Source of the DNA: Hydrurus foetidus
Lineage: Eukaryota
Direction of reading: 5' to 3'
Assembly: GCA_900617105.1 (NCBI GenBank)
Contig: UYFQ01000112.1
Location: 1-60,279 of the forward strand
Length of the DNA stretch: 60,279 nucleotides
Shown: piece by piece, positions 28,501 through 42,300 of the stretch
How positions within the stretch are numbered: position 1 is the first letter of the stretch
How the letters are laid out: each line of letters begins with the position of its first letter
Translations under genes and position numbers: made by a program
The notes under the pieces: generated by a model
Told to the model about the DNA's origin: nothing
What the model saw: only the letters and a program-made list of their open reading frames with translations
The model's database searches: none

Positions 28501-29714
28501 CATTATCATTTTCATTTCCATTTGTCGACTCCACTTCATCGAAAGCAGTCCAGACACCCACAAGCGGTGTAGCGCTCACAGCAGGATCATTCTCAAGAAG
28601 GGGGACTATTTTCCTGGTTTGATTTAGAGTGACGTATCCAACCTTAGGAATATCTCCTGAAGAATTATTATTTCTTCTCGCCAACTTCAATGACAATGGC
28701 GTCGTAAGTACGGGTATTGTACGTACTTGTTGTACGTGATAAGAGATGTTGGGTAGTACTGCTTCAAACCGTATAGTACCGTTTAATGTTGCTTCATTTC
28801 GTTTCACATATCCTGCGGTACGTCACAGACGATTTATGACATGTCAGAAAAACAACTATGCAAATTAGCTGATGACATTATAAAGACAACAAAGGCGTAT
28901 CGAATGCACTGCCTGTAGTTCCGTCAATTCAATCAATTAAAAATTGCAAATAATACATAGGGCACAGACGATCACCATTAATCAGGCATTTCAGTATACA
29001 CTAGAATCCTAACTCTCCTTCACCTGCTGCTCTGACTCGCATACACGATCTGATCGAAGTGATCCGACTGGCTCGAATAGCTTTCCCAAGATTCATTATG
29101 AGGTTACTACGTTCCGATTGATTTTACGTACAGTATTACGAGCTTGTAAAATAGTTTGGATTGGATGACGTAGTATGTCATCCGCAGACACTCAGCATAA
29201 ACGATCATCATATAATCAATCTAAATGAGAATCGTAGACTGCTAACAATCATATGCTAAAATGGAATAGTTTTGGAAATTCGAAAAAGGCATTGTTATTG
29301 CTGTCGAATTCCTTACCGTGTTGAATCTTTCTCAAATAGCAGCCCAAAATCAGACAGCTTCCGAGGAGATATAGGTATGGTTAAGCTGCATTCCGAGTTC
29401 GTGCTATTGTGTCGCTGATTCTCGAAAAAATTGCCGTCCACTTTCAATACTGATGAATGTAATCCAATAATTGACTTTAGAGGGCTATGACTACTAGATT
29501 GTCTACTATCCAACTCGCTGACGTGTTGAACAACTGCTGTACGCTCTACTGTTGTGGTTGTCGAGCTTAGTTCCTCCAATATTGACTGCACAGAAGCAGC
29601 TGATATATATAAAGGCGGAATTACATCCACTGCTTTCACATAAGAAACATCGCTGATTGTGGAGCGATCCCACAGAACATCACGATTGTTCGGGAACTCA
29701 ACATTCGCTGCCAT
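22572..29714 (-). CDS. STIL: STIL/SAS-5/Ana2-like centriolar assembly protein; multi-exon
   Basis: N-terminal FPNNRDVLWD; STIL_N-like block IPVLTTPL..GYVTLNQTRKIVPLLENDP..PLVGVW..PLTWAILTRFL..KVF..FLLV (28322-28807); central coiled coil (ISNLQNQVEELKVLV); last mini-exon SVLAIQSRYL* (22572-22604) resembling the STAN motif. Confidence 0.72.
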
Positions 29715-30138
29715 GGCCGTACGAGCAAGGCTGTTACCGAAATCAATCACAGCGATCAGTTTTCGATAGCAATATTCAAACCGTAGTGCTACAATAACTG
29801 CAGTAGCCGTGAACAGTCCAATTGATTTGAAATTGACTGCTGGCGCATACAGTCTACCGCTCTTTGTCGTAACGGTATGACACGTACATTGAGCTTACGA
29901 AGTACTTACAAGAACAGAAACTGAAAACGTTTCTTCTCCAAGTTTTCCACTTCGAAAGACTTCACCATTCCTGAGCACTGCTATTTAGATTCTTGAGTGT
30001 CCGCAGTTTTGTCCTTATTTTCGCCAGTGTTTGAGTAAAACTGCTGATAAGAAGTGTGCACCATAGCGGTATGAGGATAGCCTGCGACGACAAAATAGCC
30101 GCGTAATTCATCCGACTTTACATGTGTGTGGCAAGAGT

Positions 30139-33064
30139 ATGATGACATTTTCGACGGATCCGGTGATTGCGCACGATATTGGGCAGCAATTTCAATCTCA
30201 CACTATCACTATCGATGAAGATGGAGAAGCTGTTGAGAGAGCTGGATTACGCATTGTCACGTACGAGGAAAGAGAAACTGAAAGCATCTCGACTCCACAA
30301 AAGGGGAAAAGTGATTGGGATCGTTACATAGATGAAGAAACAGGTTTTCCATATATTGTCAATACTGTGTCTGGGGAAAGTAAATGGGACACTGAGCTAT
30401 TCGATTTTTCATTATCTGCCGACGACCTTGCTGTAGCTGCAGCTGGAGAACCTGATTGTAACTGGGTTGAAGTTACAGACAACGATGAGAATGTGTATTT
30501 CTACAATAGAGTAAGATCATCCCTCAGTGTGAAGATTTGACAGATCCATTGCGCAGCACAATTTCTGCATTACTTACAATGTTGATAATTTTGAAATGTT
30601 AGGAAACAGAAGAGTCAAGTTGGATATTGCCACCTGGCGGAAGATTATCGAGAAAGTCTGGGAAACTCTCTCCGAAGAATTCAGTTCCTCATGAAGAGGT
30701 GGCGCCAGCTGTTGATATCACGAATGAGCAGACACAACAGAAGATTCCGTCTGTACTTCTTAAGGATATCATTGAAAAAAAGTCTTCTTTTAAAAATACA
30801 GAAGAACATCCACGAATTATTGAGTCAGCTTTGAGTTTTGAAACAGCTGATCAGTCGGTATTCAAAATGCTGCAATCTGTGGAGAGAAAGAGCTCTTCTA
30901 TCGAGATTGCATGCGTTTCAAACAGCATCAGTAGCAGTCGCAGTGAAAGTCGAACAGACAGTGAAAGAACTTCTGTAGAGTTTGAAACGAAGAACATTCC
31001 TAGGAAACATGAAAGGCAGAATATCCTTACCGACGACGGAGCAACAGAATGTGATGGAATTCTGCTGAGAAAGACACTTACATCACATTTGAATTTATTT
31101 GGAGACCCAGGTGGAAATACTGATAATAATGATGATAATGATCATCATGGCATCAGTGATGATAATAGCAATGGAAAGGGCCATGATGTGAGTAATCTGT
31201 CGAACATGAATGTAATCGACAGCTCTGGTGGTCACAACATCAGTGAAGACACGGCATTTCTGCGAGACATTGAAAGAGTTATCAGCGCACATCTTCATGC
31301 AAAGGATCTACAGAGTAATGCTGCTAATGACGACACACATAATCACTCTCAAAATGATGTAAAGCACACTTCAATCAGCGACATTCTTTCCGATGAGAAC
31401 AATTTGAGTGAGAAAAGCGGAAATAAAACTGAATATAATGCTAACATTGATGATTACATTATCGAGAAAAAATACGAGAAAGAAGAAATTGAAGACGATA
31501 ATGAAGATTTAAAAATGTTGCAAGCACTAAACGAAGGCTTTGAAGAAAATAGAGATTACTGCTCTAAACGTGAATCAAATAATTCCAATTCAGTAATTCG
31601 TCCAAAGGGCGAGAATCATCAAATAGAAGATGTGCATTCTCTGTATGAAATAAATTTTACCGATTCTAGAATAGATGAAATCGGAAGTAAAAAAGATGTG
31701 GATGATGTCGTTGAGGGCAAAAAAATATTGGATTTTTTAAGTACAAAAATAGACGACTCGCCTTTGCGAGAGCTTTATTGTGTGGTAAAAAATGAATATA
31801 ATAATTCAGAAAGTTCCTTCTTAAATTCCTTGGGAATAATAAAATCAATTGCGATAGAAAGAAAATTTCCAGAAATTGGTCTTAGGTCTACGATACATGA
31901 TAAAATTGAAGAAAGTTTTATTGGAAATGAAAATGAATTATTAATCACAGCTGATAAAATCGGTGAAATTGAAGTTTCGAATGACGTTTTAACGGATTTG
32001 GAAATCAATCAGAGTGGTAATGAAGATTTCTTTTTAAAATATGCTGTGCCTAAGGGTATGGATGATGCAATGATGGTAAGTGCGGCATTTTCGTTACACA
32101 ACGATGAAGCAAAAGAACATATTGTCCTGCCTCCAGCGTGATAGTGAGAACTCTCCTCTGAGATTCAGAGATTTTAATAAGTAACCGTTACTCGATTAGA
32201 CCTAATGTGGAACTATGTGTTAGGACAATTTCTCAATTCTGATCAGTTGGTTATTATTGTTCCGATGGCGATAATTTACACCCGTACTGACTGTACGGTA
32301 CATTCGAGATTTCTCATACATCTATACTACTTAATCAGACTTTTCTACCAAATCTAATTCATCACCACTGTTGTATTGTTGTGTTGCATACGTGACATAT
32401 ATTGTCGAAGCCACAAATGACAAAAAGTCTGTATGATTATGTTGGAGTATATTTGAAGAATATCGATGAAGGCGTTGCAAGAGGTCGTTTTCGAGTATGA
32501 AAATAAATTCCCGTTTACTTGTGACTCCTACTCTATGGAGCAATTTGCACACATGAATTAATCAATACTTTTACTTGGACATATTCACTCGCTCACTCAC
32601 TCCCTGACACGCTTACTACAGAAGCACCACCCCAAACCATTTTACTTATCTTTCTACTTACTTTCATTTCCCAGGAGAGAATCTTGGAGGCATCAGTCCA
32701 GCCGACTTTAAAAAGAAAAGAAAAAATGAGGAAGAAAAGAAGAGATGAAGATGTTGATATTTTTAGTCATCGACTTAAGATGTTGTCACACATCAGTGTT
32801 GACAACACACACAACAACACCTGTATTAATAATGTTAAGAACAGCAATTATAATGCACATTGCAGCAATAATAATGGTAATAATAGTAATGGTAGTAATA
32901 GCAATTTCAGTAAAACAGACAGACGAGACAGTGCAGGGTTGAGCAGATCAACCTTCATCTCGTCTCCCACAAACGACAACAAGAATAACAGAAAAAATAA
33001 CAACAAATACGACAACCATGACGATAGCAATGATAGCAGTCATAACAATGATGAAAATATATCC

Positions 33065-33099
<35 letters not shown>

Positions 33100-36000
33100 T
33101 CTCTACAGCAACAATTCCAAAGAAATCTCAGCACCTCTAAATCTCACATTACCTTTCTCTCCCAATCCAAACCGTATGAACATAAAATACACTTCACCCT
33201 ATCCTGCAAACTCTCCCGATGTAACACGGTATATAACTTCAGGAAGTGCACCTAGAAAAAACTCCACTCTATCGCTATTTTCAACATCAGGAAGGCCCCT
33301 TTCTTCCCCCCACTGCCCGTCCCTCCAGGGACAAAGGGGGTCGGAGTATGGTCTAAAGCCCGTTCCGGGATCCGGTCCAGGGTCCGGTCGAAAGACCGTT
33401 CCAGGGTCCACTGTAGGATTTGGATGTGCAGAAGAATTGTTACGAAGTTCAACCCGTACGTTCTCTCAGTACAGCGGAGTGACGAGTGACGATTATTGTT
33501 CTGCCAGGGACAGACAGACGAGAGTGCTGTATGCGGATAAAGAGAGAAAAGCCATGGCAGTGCGATTAATTAGTACAGCAATAGCAGCTCAGAATGTAGA
33601 GTGCAGAGATTTGATCATGCGAATGAATGTGATTCTTGAGGTAAGTACACTACAGCACGTACAATATTATCAGCACATACTATCCGTACGTACACCATAA
33701 TTTTTGTACAGCTTTAAATCTTCTAATTGTGTATCGACAGAAGATATCTCACAACCATAAATGTAAAAGAGAATCTATCTACTTGAATAAAAATCAATTT
33801 CTTTTAATTTTCAATTTCTAGATTCAATTTTAATGCATCTAATAATCCGATCCACCATCTGAAATTCGTTAGGAGAGGGAACCTTCTTGGATAGAAAAAG
33901 AAATAAACAGAAGACACGCACTTGAAGCTGCTGTAATGTACAGAGCGTACTTACGCCTTCCTCGTAGTACCACACAGTACACCGCACACACACACATGAC
34001 TGCTGAAATGTGTTGTCCTTTAGGATTGGCTTTTCAAGATCGATTGAAAATGGGGACGATTTCGGGGATTAAGGGGCCGTTTTTGAATTGTTCGAAGAGT
34101 GACGTATGTGTGGATTTATGGTGGAGAGGAACCAAAGCTAAGGCGATGAGGAAATTGGGGTGGGAGGCCTATAAAGGGATACCAGGTGAGAACTGTTATA
34201 AAAAGATTCATCTCGAATTTTAGTAGTTTTACAGTCAGTTAAATTGTTCGGATATGGATAAGGTGTTACTCTTTCTTTTTCTTCTTTTCCATTCTTGTAA
34301 AAATAAAATTTCTGTTCTTTTCATGACCTAATATAGCATCCAATATACCCCACCCCCCATAGAGTCACGAAGACTCTGTATACTCAACCACATATAATTT
34401 TAAATCATTGCCTTCTCATCTCTCTCTCTTCTTCTCCTCCTCTTTTTTTCTTTTTCGAAGGTTCATCTGGCCCGCTTTACAGGAAGAGGAGTACTGGTCG
34501 TGTTCAGACAGGGGAACCCTTCAACGTGACGATGCACAGACAAAAAGACTCACTCACTCCCATCAGCTGGTGAGTTAACTTTACTTTTTTGTTCTATATT
34601 ATGTCCCCATTCATTTTTGAAAGATTTTTTTTTTCAGTCTTGTATTTTCTTTGTTTTAATAACCGCTTAATTTATCTATTTCTTTTTTCCACTGCCAATA
34701 TTTATTATAACATACGATTATCCCAGTGCAAATTTTGAGCAATGTAAATCAACATAATGTTTTATTGTGATACTATGAATTATTATGTCAGACCAAATAC
34801 CTAAGGACACATAAGCCGTCATCTTCCAAATTCTCATTGTGTCCCTTTCTTTTCTATTTTCTGTTGACTTTTCCCTAATTTAAAGCACATTATCTACTGG
34901 AAAAATAGTATTGCATAAAATCTAAAAATTCATTTTCCATCTACGTAAGGTCTGTTTTAGAGCGAAAACTGACCATTTCGGCACTCAGAGAAATAACACC
35001 TAGTATGAGATCGATGAAATTGTACACTGACGAAAATGCAGGTCTTGTATTCTATTGCTCTAAAACTGGTACGTACTAAAATGCGTATGTGTTGGTTTGT
35101 GAAGTACGTGTGTGTTGTTTTCAAGTGCAAGTAATGGGTGTGATATTATGTTGCTGCGAGATTTGCTTCCATTTGATGGTGCTTTGATATGGCAGTGGTA
35201 TCACCCAAACAATACGAGTAACGCTACCGATCATGGATTGTTCATCGAAATGCAAAGATATTCAGTGAATAAGAGGCCACTAGTGATAATCATTTTCATA
35301 CGTCACTGACAGTATTTTCTTGACATTTAATTTTATTCCGTACGTTCAGACACGTACAGTTGTGCAGGGCGTCCTACCGAAAGTCCCTCCTCATCCCCTT
35401 GTACAGAATCCGAGCAAAAAAAAACAGCGAAGAAACTGAGCGCAAAAAGGAACGAAGTGTTGGAGAAGAAACTACAGTCAATGGAATCGACTTCTACTGG
35501 TACAACTGCAATGAAAGGAGAGAATTTGGGGGATATAGAAAAAGAGAAGGATAGAGGGAAAGAGAAAGAAGAAGAGGAGAGGGAGATGAGAATGTTGATT
35601 GGAAGTTTGATAGAAGAAAGTGACAGCGATGATGATTGTCAATTCAATCAGAATGTCTGGCTTTCTCTCAAGCCTTTACTGACTCACAAAACGAAGCAAT
35701 TTAATAGAGACAGGAGGAAAGAAAAAAAAAGTGAACTACAATATAAAAATCAATTTTCTGAAGACTTTGAACACATTAAAATATCAGAAACGATTTCTAT
35801 CAAAGAAAAACACGACAAAGAAAAAAACGAAGAAAATGTTTTTTCTGTTACAGTTCCTGGAATCGGTTTAACATCTCCAGATTTTTCAATTAATTATCTT
35901 GAAATAAACAATAATAATGCGTCACAGTTCCGGAATCAAAGGCCAAGGTCCGCACCCCAGGGTTCTCGATCCTTGGGCCCCGACAGGGCAAATCCAAAAA

Positions 36001-39000
36001 TTAATTCAACAGTACTGAAGTCAAATTTTGATCTAAAATTACCTATTCCAAAATGTTTGAAATCATCAAATCCGTCGAATACGTCACAATTTTCAAATGA
36101 CTGTTTTAGCAGTTTATTTTCTGTGACTTCGAGTGGACAGGTGTGTGGTATGGGGGGACGGAATGCGGTCCAAGGTCCACTGGAAAGAGAGCTCTTAAAT
36201 GCATTTGAAGAAAGTGAATTATCAGATGTGAGATTTGTACGTACGTGCTTTCGAAATCCACTGAACTCAACTACACTGTGCCATTATGTCGAACCGTAAC
36301 GTATTGTACTGCATGGTAATGTACTGTACTGTACTATAGTATGTAGTGTACTGTACAGCATGACATAGTACGGTACAGCACTCTCCTCAACATCATTGTG
36401 CCACTACTGCACTTTACAACTGCACTAGACTTCACACTTTCTCACCCTGCACACAGCCTGAAGACATACTAATATGACAGTCAATAGATCACCATCGAAC
36501 AATTTCCACAGTGAACTTCTCATTTTCTGTTCCAATCCTTCTCTCCAAATCAATCTTACTTGCACCTTATTTTTCCCCTCAAAACAGAGTCTGGAATCAA
36601 GTCCAAGATCCCTCAAATTCGAATCGACATTTTCCCCTCAAGAATCGGCAGAATATTTGTCACTTCTGGAATCTGTCGGGAAAAGTTCTAGATCCACTTC
36701 TGTTAGTCTCGTTCAACTTGCCCTTTGGTTGTTACAAAAAGGTAAACGTTGTTTAGTATTGGATATTTGTGCACTGTTATAGGTCTAATAATGGACTATT
36801 TTATCATGTTTTGTGCCATATTAGTCTTCTTTAAAGATATTAGGAGAGTGCTTTTTTTATCCGCGAATAGTTGTCGGCATGGTAATCATTTAAACCTTGA
36901 CCTTGTCTTCGTCAAAGTTCTTGTGTCATCGATGTGCAATTGCCGATGATGGACATGCGATTAAACACTCTCTCCATTCTGTGCATCGTATATACTATGT
37001 ACTAAATGATCCATGGAAAAGTTCATGGTGTGGCCACTAAGCTCTTCTACTATTCTGTTCACCTATCTTCACCTCACTGAAGAATGTCTCATATGCTACC
37101 GTCTTGCTGACTGTCTGACTGTAGATGTGTATGTCTATTCCCATGCACGTTCATCTCAAGGAACATGTTCTGTTGCTGGTCCACTTTTACTGCCAGACCC
37201 ACCCCAATAAACGACAATACACACACTTTGTGTATCGTTTATATGTAAAAGTGGATGAGCAACAGAACATGTTCCTTGATCTGTCAATCCATCCTTCTAT
37301 CTGAACTCTATCAAGTCTCCCCTTCTATTTCTCGTCCTACGTGTAGACTAGATGGCATGATTAGTTATCCCTTTTGCTGCTCTGTCCGCTTGCTTTCACC
37401 TGACGGTTCTCACTTGTTGTCGCCAGATTGTCCGTCTGTCTATTTATCTGTCTATCTGTCAGTCCACATGTCTGTATATTCTATAATCAATACATGTACA
37501 CATTTTTATTCAATTCGTCTGTCACTCCTGACCAACAATCAATGCCACCCACAGGTCTTAATATCGAATCCCTCTCAGTGCTCTCTCTCGCAGAAGAAAC
37601 CCTCTCCCTCCCCTCACCCAAACATCACCAAACAGACCACCCTCTTCCCCTCTGCTCTCTTCTCATCGCCAAGCTCTCCTCTATTTATACGGGGAAATAC
37701 AAGAGCATTAAAGGAATACTAAATATTATTGAAAAAAATCCAACACCGAATGTTCTAATTCTTGCAGCGGAATATTTTGTGAAAATCAAACATGAAAAAG
37801 GTATTATATTTTAGATATTTAGTGTGTCAGAAAATTTTGTCTTTTATATTCTGTACGCCTGACATTTATTTTCGTAGGCTTCATCGAGAAATATATTCAT
37901 ACATCTAAATCGTTCTTGGCGTAACAACTGTACTCAATCACTGAGAGTTGAAAAATTCAACTTGTACTTTTTGTTTGACCAATGTAGTTGTTGAAGAAAT
38001 ATGGGACAACTTTGCGATCCTCAGTGGCTGATCATCATTGTTACGCTGGGTGCGATTTGTACCGTTGCTTGAAATCGACTTATCTATTCTCCTTCTTGCA
38101 ATTACACATCTGTCCGAAAAGTCAAATATCTTGAATAAATTCCTATTTTCTCAGTTGAATTATTGGTGCCCTTGAAGAATTTTTCAAAACAAAAGGCACT
38201 CTCTATTCTACACTTTTTCTGTATTTTTGAAATACAATCAAAGCTATTCAATTTGAAGCACTTCTTTTCTCACATTATTACATTTAATATATTAAACTCA
38301 CCTGGTGGAGTGATTTACTAATTTGCTAACTTTCTAACTCCCTTTTTTTAATCAATTCTTTTGTCTCCTTATTCCTTTTTTAGATGCGGAATATTTATAC
38401 ATCGGATCCCTCATACTGCATCCAAGGTACACACCCTACAGTATCGTGTGCTATACTTTACTATACACAGCTGATATCGACCCATACTCTCTCTCTCTTC
38501 CACCCTCCCTCTTTCTCCCTCCTTCCCTTTTCCTTCCCCCTTTTTTCCTCCCTGTTTCTCCATTCCTCTTTCCTTCTCTTTTATTTCTTATCCCTCCACA
38601 CGTCAGTTGTTCAGCGTCTCTATGGGGATATGCACACCTTCTAATAGGAAAGGGAAATCACCGAACTGCAACAAGATATCTCACACGGGTATCTTATACA
38701 ATCTCATACCAAATCTCGATACAATTTTTTCTTTTTTTGTATTATTGAAAACACATTTGTCGCGATATTAGGTTTGTGAGCCCCTCCTTATACTAAATAT
38801 TTTCAAGCAACACACATACGATGATTCTTATCTTCTATCTCATAATAAGCATCAACAGAATATTACTCTGACAGGACTTTGTTTTACTTCCCATGTTGCT
38901 TTTGATGATTTTATTCCGTATTGCTATTGATTATTTATACCGTATTGATATTGAATACTTGGTACCATAGATACCGGAGGGTGCTCCGGAGTACCCGTCA

Positions 39001-39283
39001 TCCCGTGTAGTACTGGCATGGCTAAAAGAATTGACAATCGATCATACAGATATAGGTAAGAGAAATTGGAGATGTGGAATTGTACTCTATTCCACTAAGT
39101 ATTTATTAAAGAAAGAGAATACATACATACATACATACATGCATACATACATACATACATACATACATACATACATACATACATACATACATACATACAT
39201 ACATACATACATACATACATACATACATACATACATACATACATACATACATACATACATACATACATACATACATACATACA

Positions 39284-39315
<32 letters not shown>

Positions 39316-42300
39316 CATACATACATACATACATACATACATACATACATACATACATACATACATACATACATACATACATACATACATACATACATAC
39401 ATACATACACACAAATGCATACATACATACATACACACATTCACTGACGATTCCATCTCCCATTTCAACGCTTTGTAGACTGCAGTGTCGCAGCGGATAC
39501 TCTCCTCGCATCCTTGAAGTTAGCAGTGCAAGTTGGTAAGATCTCACGTACTGGTTGAATGTTTAGTTCAATAATTACGTTTTGAGTTAACTCGAAGATG
39601 ATGCGAATGTGATACTTATTTTCCTACCTCCTACGTAATTATGTGGTAAGATGCAACATTATTTTTATCAGTGTAGTGCAGTGTAGTGTAGTGTAGTGTA
39701 GTGTAGTGTAGTGTAGTGTAGTGCAGTGTAGTGTAGTGTAGTGTAGTGTAGTGTAGTGTAGTGCAGTGCAGTGTAGTGTATTGCAGTATCGTGTAGAGTA
39801 GTGTATTGAAGTGGAGTTTAGGGTAGGGTAGTGTATTGTAGTGTAGTGTAGTGTAGTGTAGTGTAGTGCAGTGAAGTTTAGTGCGGTGTGTAATAATCTC
39901 AATGATACATATTCTGTTGGAGTAATGATGACGCATCAAATACATACCAAATAAACAATAGGAAATAGAGTTTGTCAGCTCTTTCTCCCATCCACTATAA
40001 CTGCACTAATGGAGAGCTTTCTTTAATTCTTAATGTTTCGAAAAATACATTATGTACGGTAAACTCATCCTTCTTATTGCACACTATGCTCTCTCTTTTC
40101 CCAGGTGTCAAGAATACTCGATGGCTGTCCATGGCATGGCACGCTCTAGGTCGGTAATCATACGATACGTGGCATGGCATGATATGGGATGATGTGACAT
40201 CACACTTTATGTGGCATCATACTTAGCCACTATATGACATAATGTGGTCTGATATGATTTGACTTGATGTGAATTGAGCCTGTTACTTCCAGTAGAGCGC
40301 AACACGTAAATGAGATGTAGTGCAGCACTTAATTATACAACTCTGCTCTACACTTTATTGTACTATACATTACGTTGTACAACACTAGACTACACTGCAC
40401 TATACTATACTATACTACACTACACTACACCTCACTACAATGTGTTACACAATGCTTAACAACACCATACTACACTGTGCCATATTGCACTACGCGTCAT
40501 GATTGTATATTAAACTGTATCATACCATACCATACCATACCATACCATACCATACCATACCATACCATACCATACCATACCATACCATACCATACCATAC
40601 CATACTATACCATACCATACCATACCATACCATACCATACTATACCATACCACATATATACTCTATTTTCCTTCCACATCCCAAGATCGTCCTCGCTCCA
40701 CTACGCCAGACTCCACCCCATCAGACACGTCACATCTTAACTCCCCCCACCCCGTAAACCGCCTACACCTTACAGGCCATTACTACCACATACGGCGCAT
40801 CAGCGGTTTAGCGCTCACCTGCTATGATAGGGCCCTCGAAAACGACCCCCATAACGGTCCCGCCCTGCTTCTCCGCTGTCTCCTTCCTCAACCTTCCTTA
40901 CCCTTGGAAGGTGGAACTAGAACTCACATTCCAGGAGATGGAATGGGGGATCCTTTGTAAGTCGTGCAAATTGTAAATTACCATTGCATTTTCTGTGTCA
41001 TTCTTACTGCATGATACTACCATGGTTTGATGAAAACAAAAACTTTCAATAGAATGAATTTGTACATGTATTTGTGAACGTCTCTATTTGATCAATTTAG
41101 AACCTTTGTTGAATCTTCGTCTTTGCTGAGACTCGCTTCAAATATCGATTGAATTGATTCACAGTCCTGCCCATAATCGCTAATCATTAGCTGTCTTCAC
41201 CGCGTTTAGCCATTCAATATTCTGTCATTTTTCTTTTCTCTTCTTTTCTTTTCCTTTCCTTTACCTTACCTTACCTTACCTTACCTTACCTTACCTTACC
41301 TTACCTTACCTTACCTTACCTTACCTTACCTTACCTTGCTTTTCTCGTCCCTTCTTTGTATCCAACCCTTTAACTCCACCGCTCCCTCCCCCTCCTTATC
41401 GATGCAGCCACACACACACAACGCAGTCAACAGCTCCCTCCACTCCCTCTTTCTCTACCTCTTCCACATCATCTTTCTTCCGGTGCTCTATATCTCTCTT
41501 GGGAGGGGAGACGAGATGGGTGGGATTGATCACACAAGCAGAGGTACGTTGTGTTGTGTTGCGTCGTGTTGTGTCGTGTTGTATTGTATTGTGTTGTGTT
41601 GTGTTGTGTTGTGTTGTGTTGTGTTGTGTTGTGTTGTGTTGTGTTGTGTTGTGTTGTGTTGTGTTGTGTTGTGTTGTGTTGTGTGTGGAGTGTGTTGTGT
41701 TGTGGTGTGGTGTGGTGTGTTGTGTTGTGGTGTGTTGTGTGTGTGGTGTGGTGTTGTGTTGTGGTGTGGTGTGGTGTGGTGTGGTGTGGAGTGGAGTGGT
41801 GTGGTTTGGTTTGGTATGGTGTGGTATGGTGTTGTGTTGTGGTGTGGTGTGTCATTGTACGTTACTTCATGGAGCGTATGTTGTGTTTTTCACTCACACT
41901 CACTTCCGTGTCCATATTTTGACATCATCTGGTGCCTCACCTTCAATTCATATTCATTAATATCTGCTAAATAAAGTGATCGGTCATAGGACGCACATTT
42001 GTTTTTGTATTATACCTTCTTATGGAATGCATTTTTAATATCAGAAATATACTAGATAACTCAACTGCAAAAGTCTAGTACTTCCAGATATTTGCAGTAA
42101 ATGAAAAATGGTCATCGATTTCAATAGCAACACCACAGATAACTAAATGTAATTCAATATTATTTAATTTTATCTACCATCTAATGCTTTCAGTTTGTGC
42201 TGTGTGAGTTGGGCGATGCAGATCAATGCGAAGCATTGATGAGACAGGCAGCAGGCTTATCTCCTTCATTCTCTCCCTCCTCTTCCTTTTCCTCTTTTCC

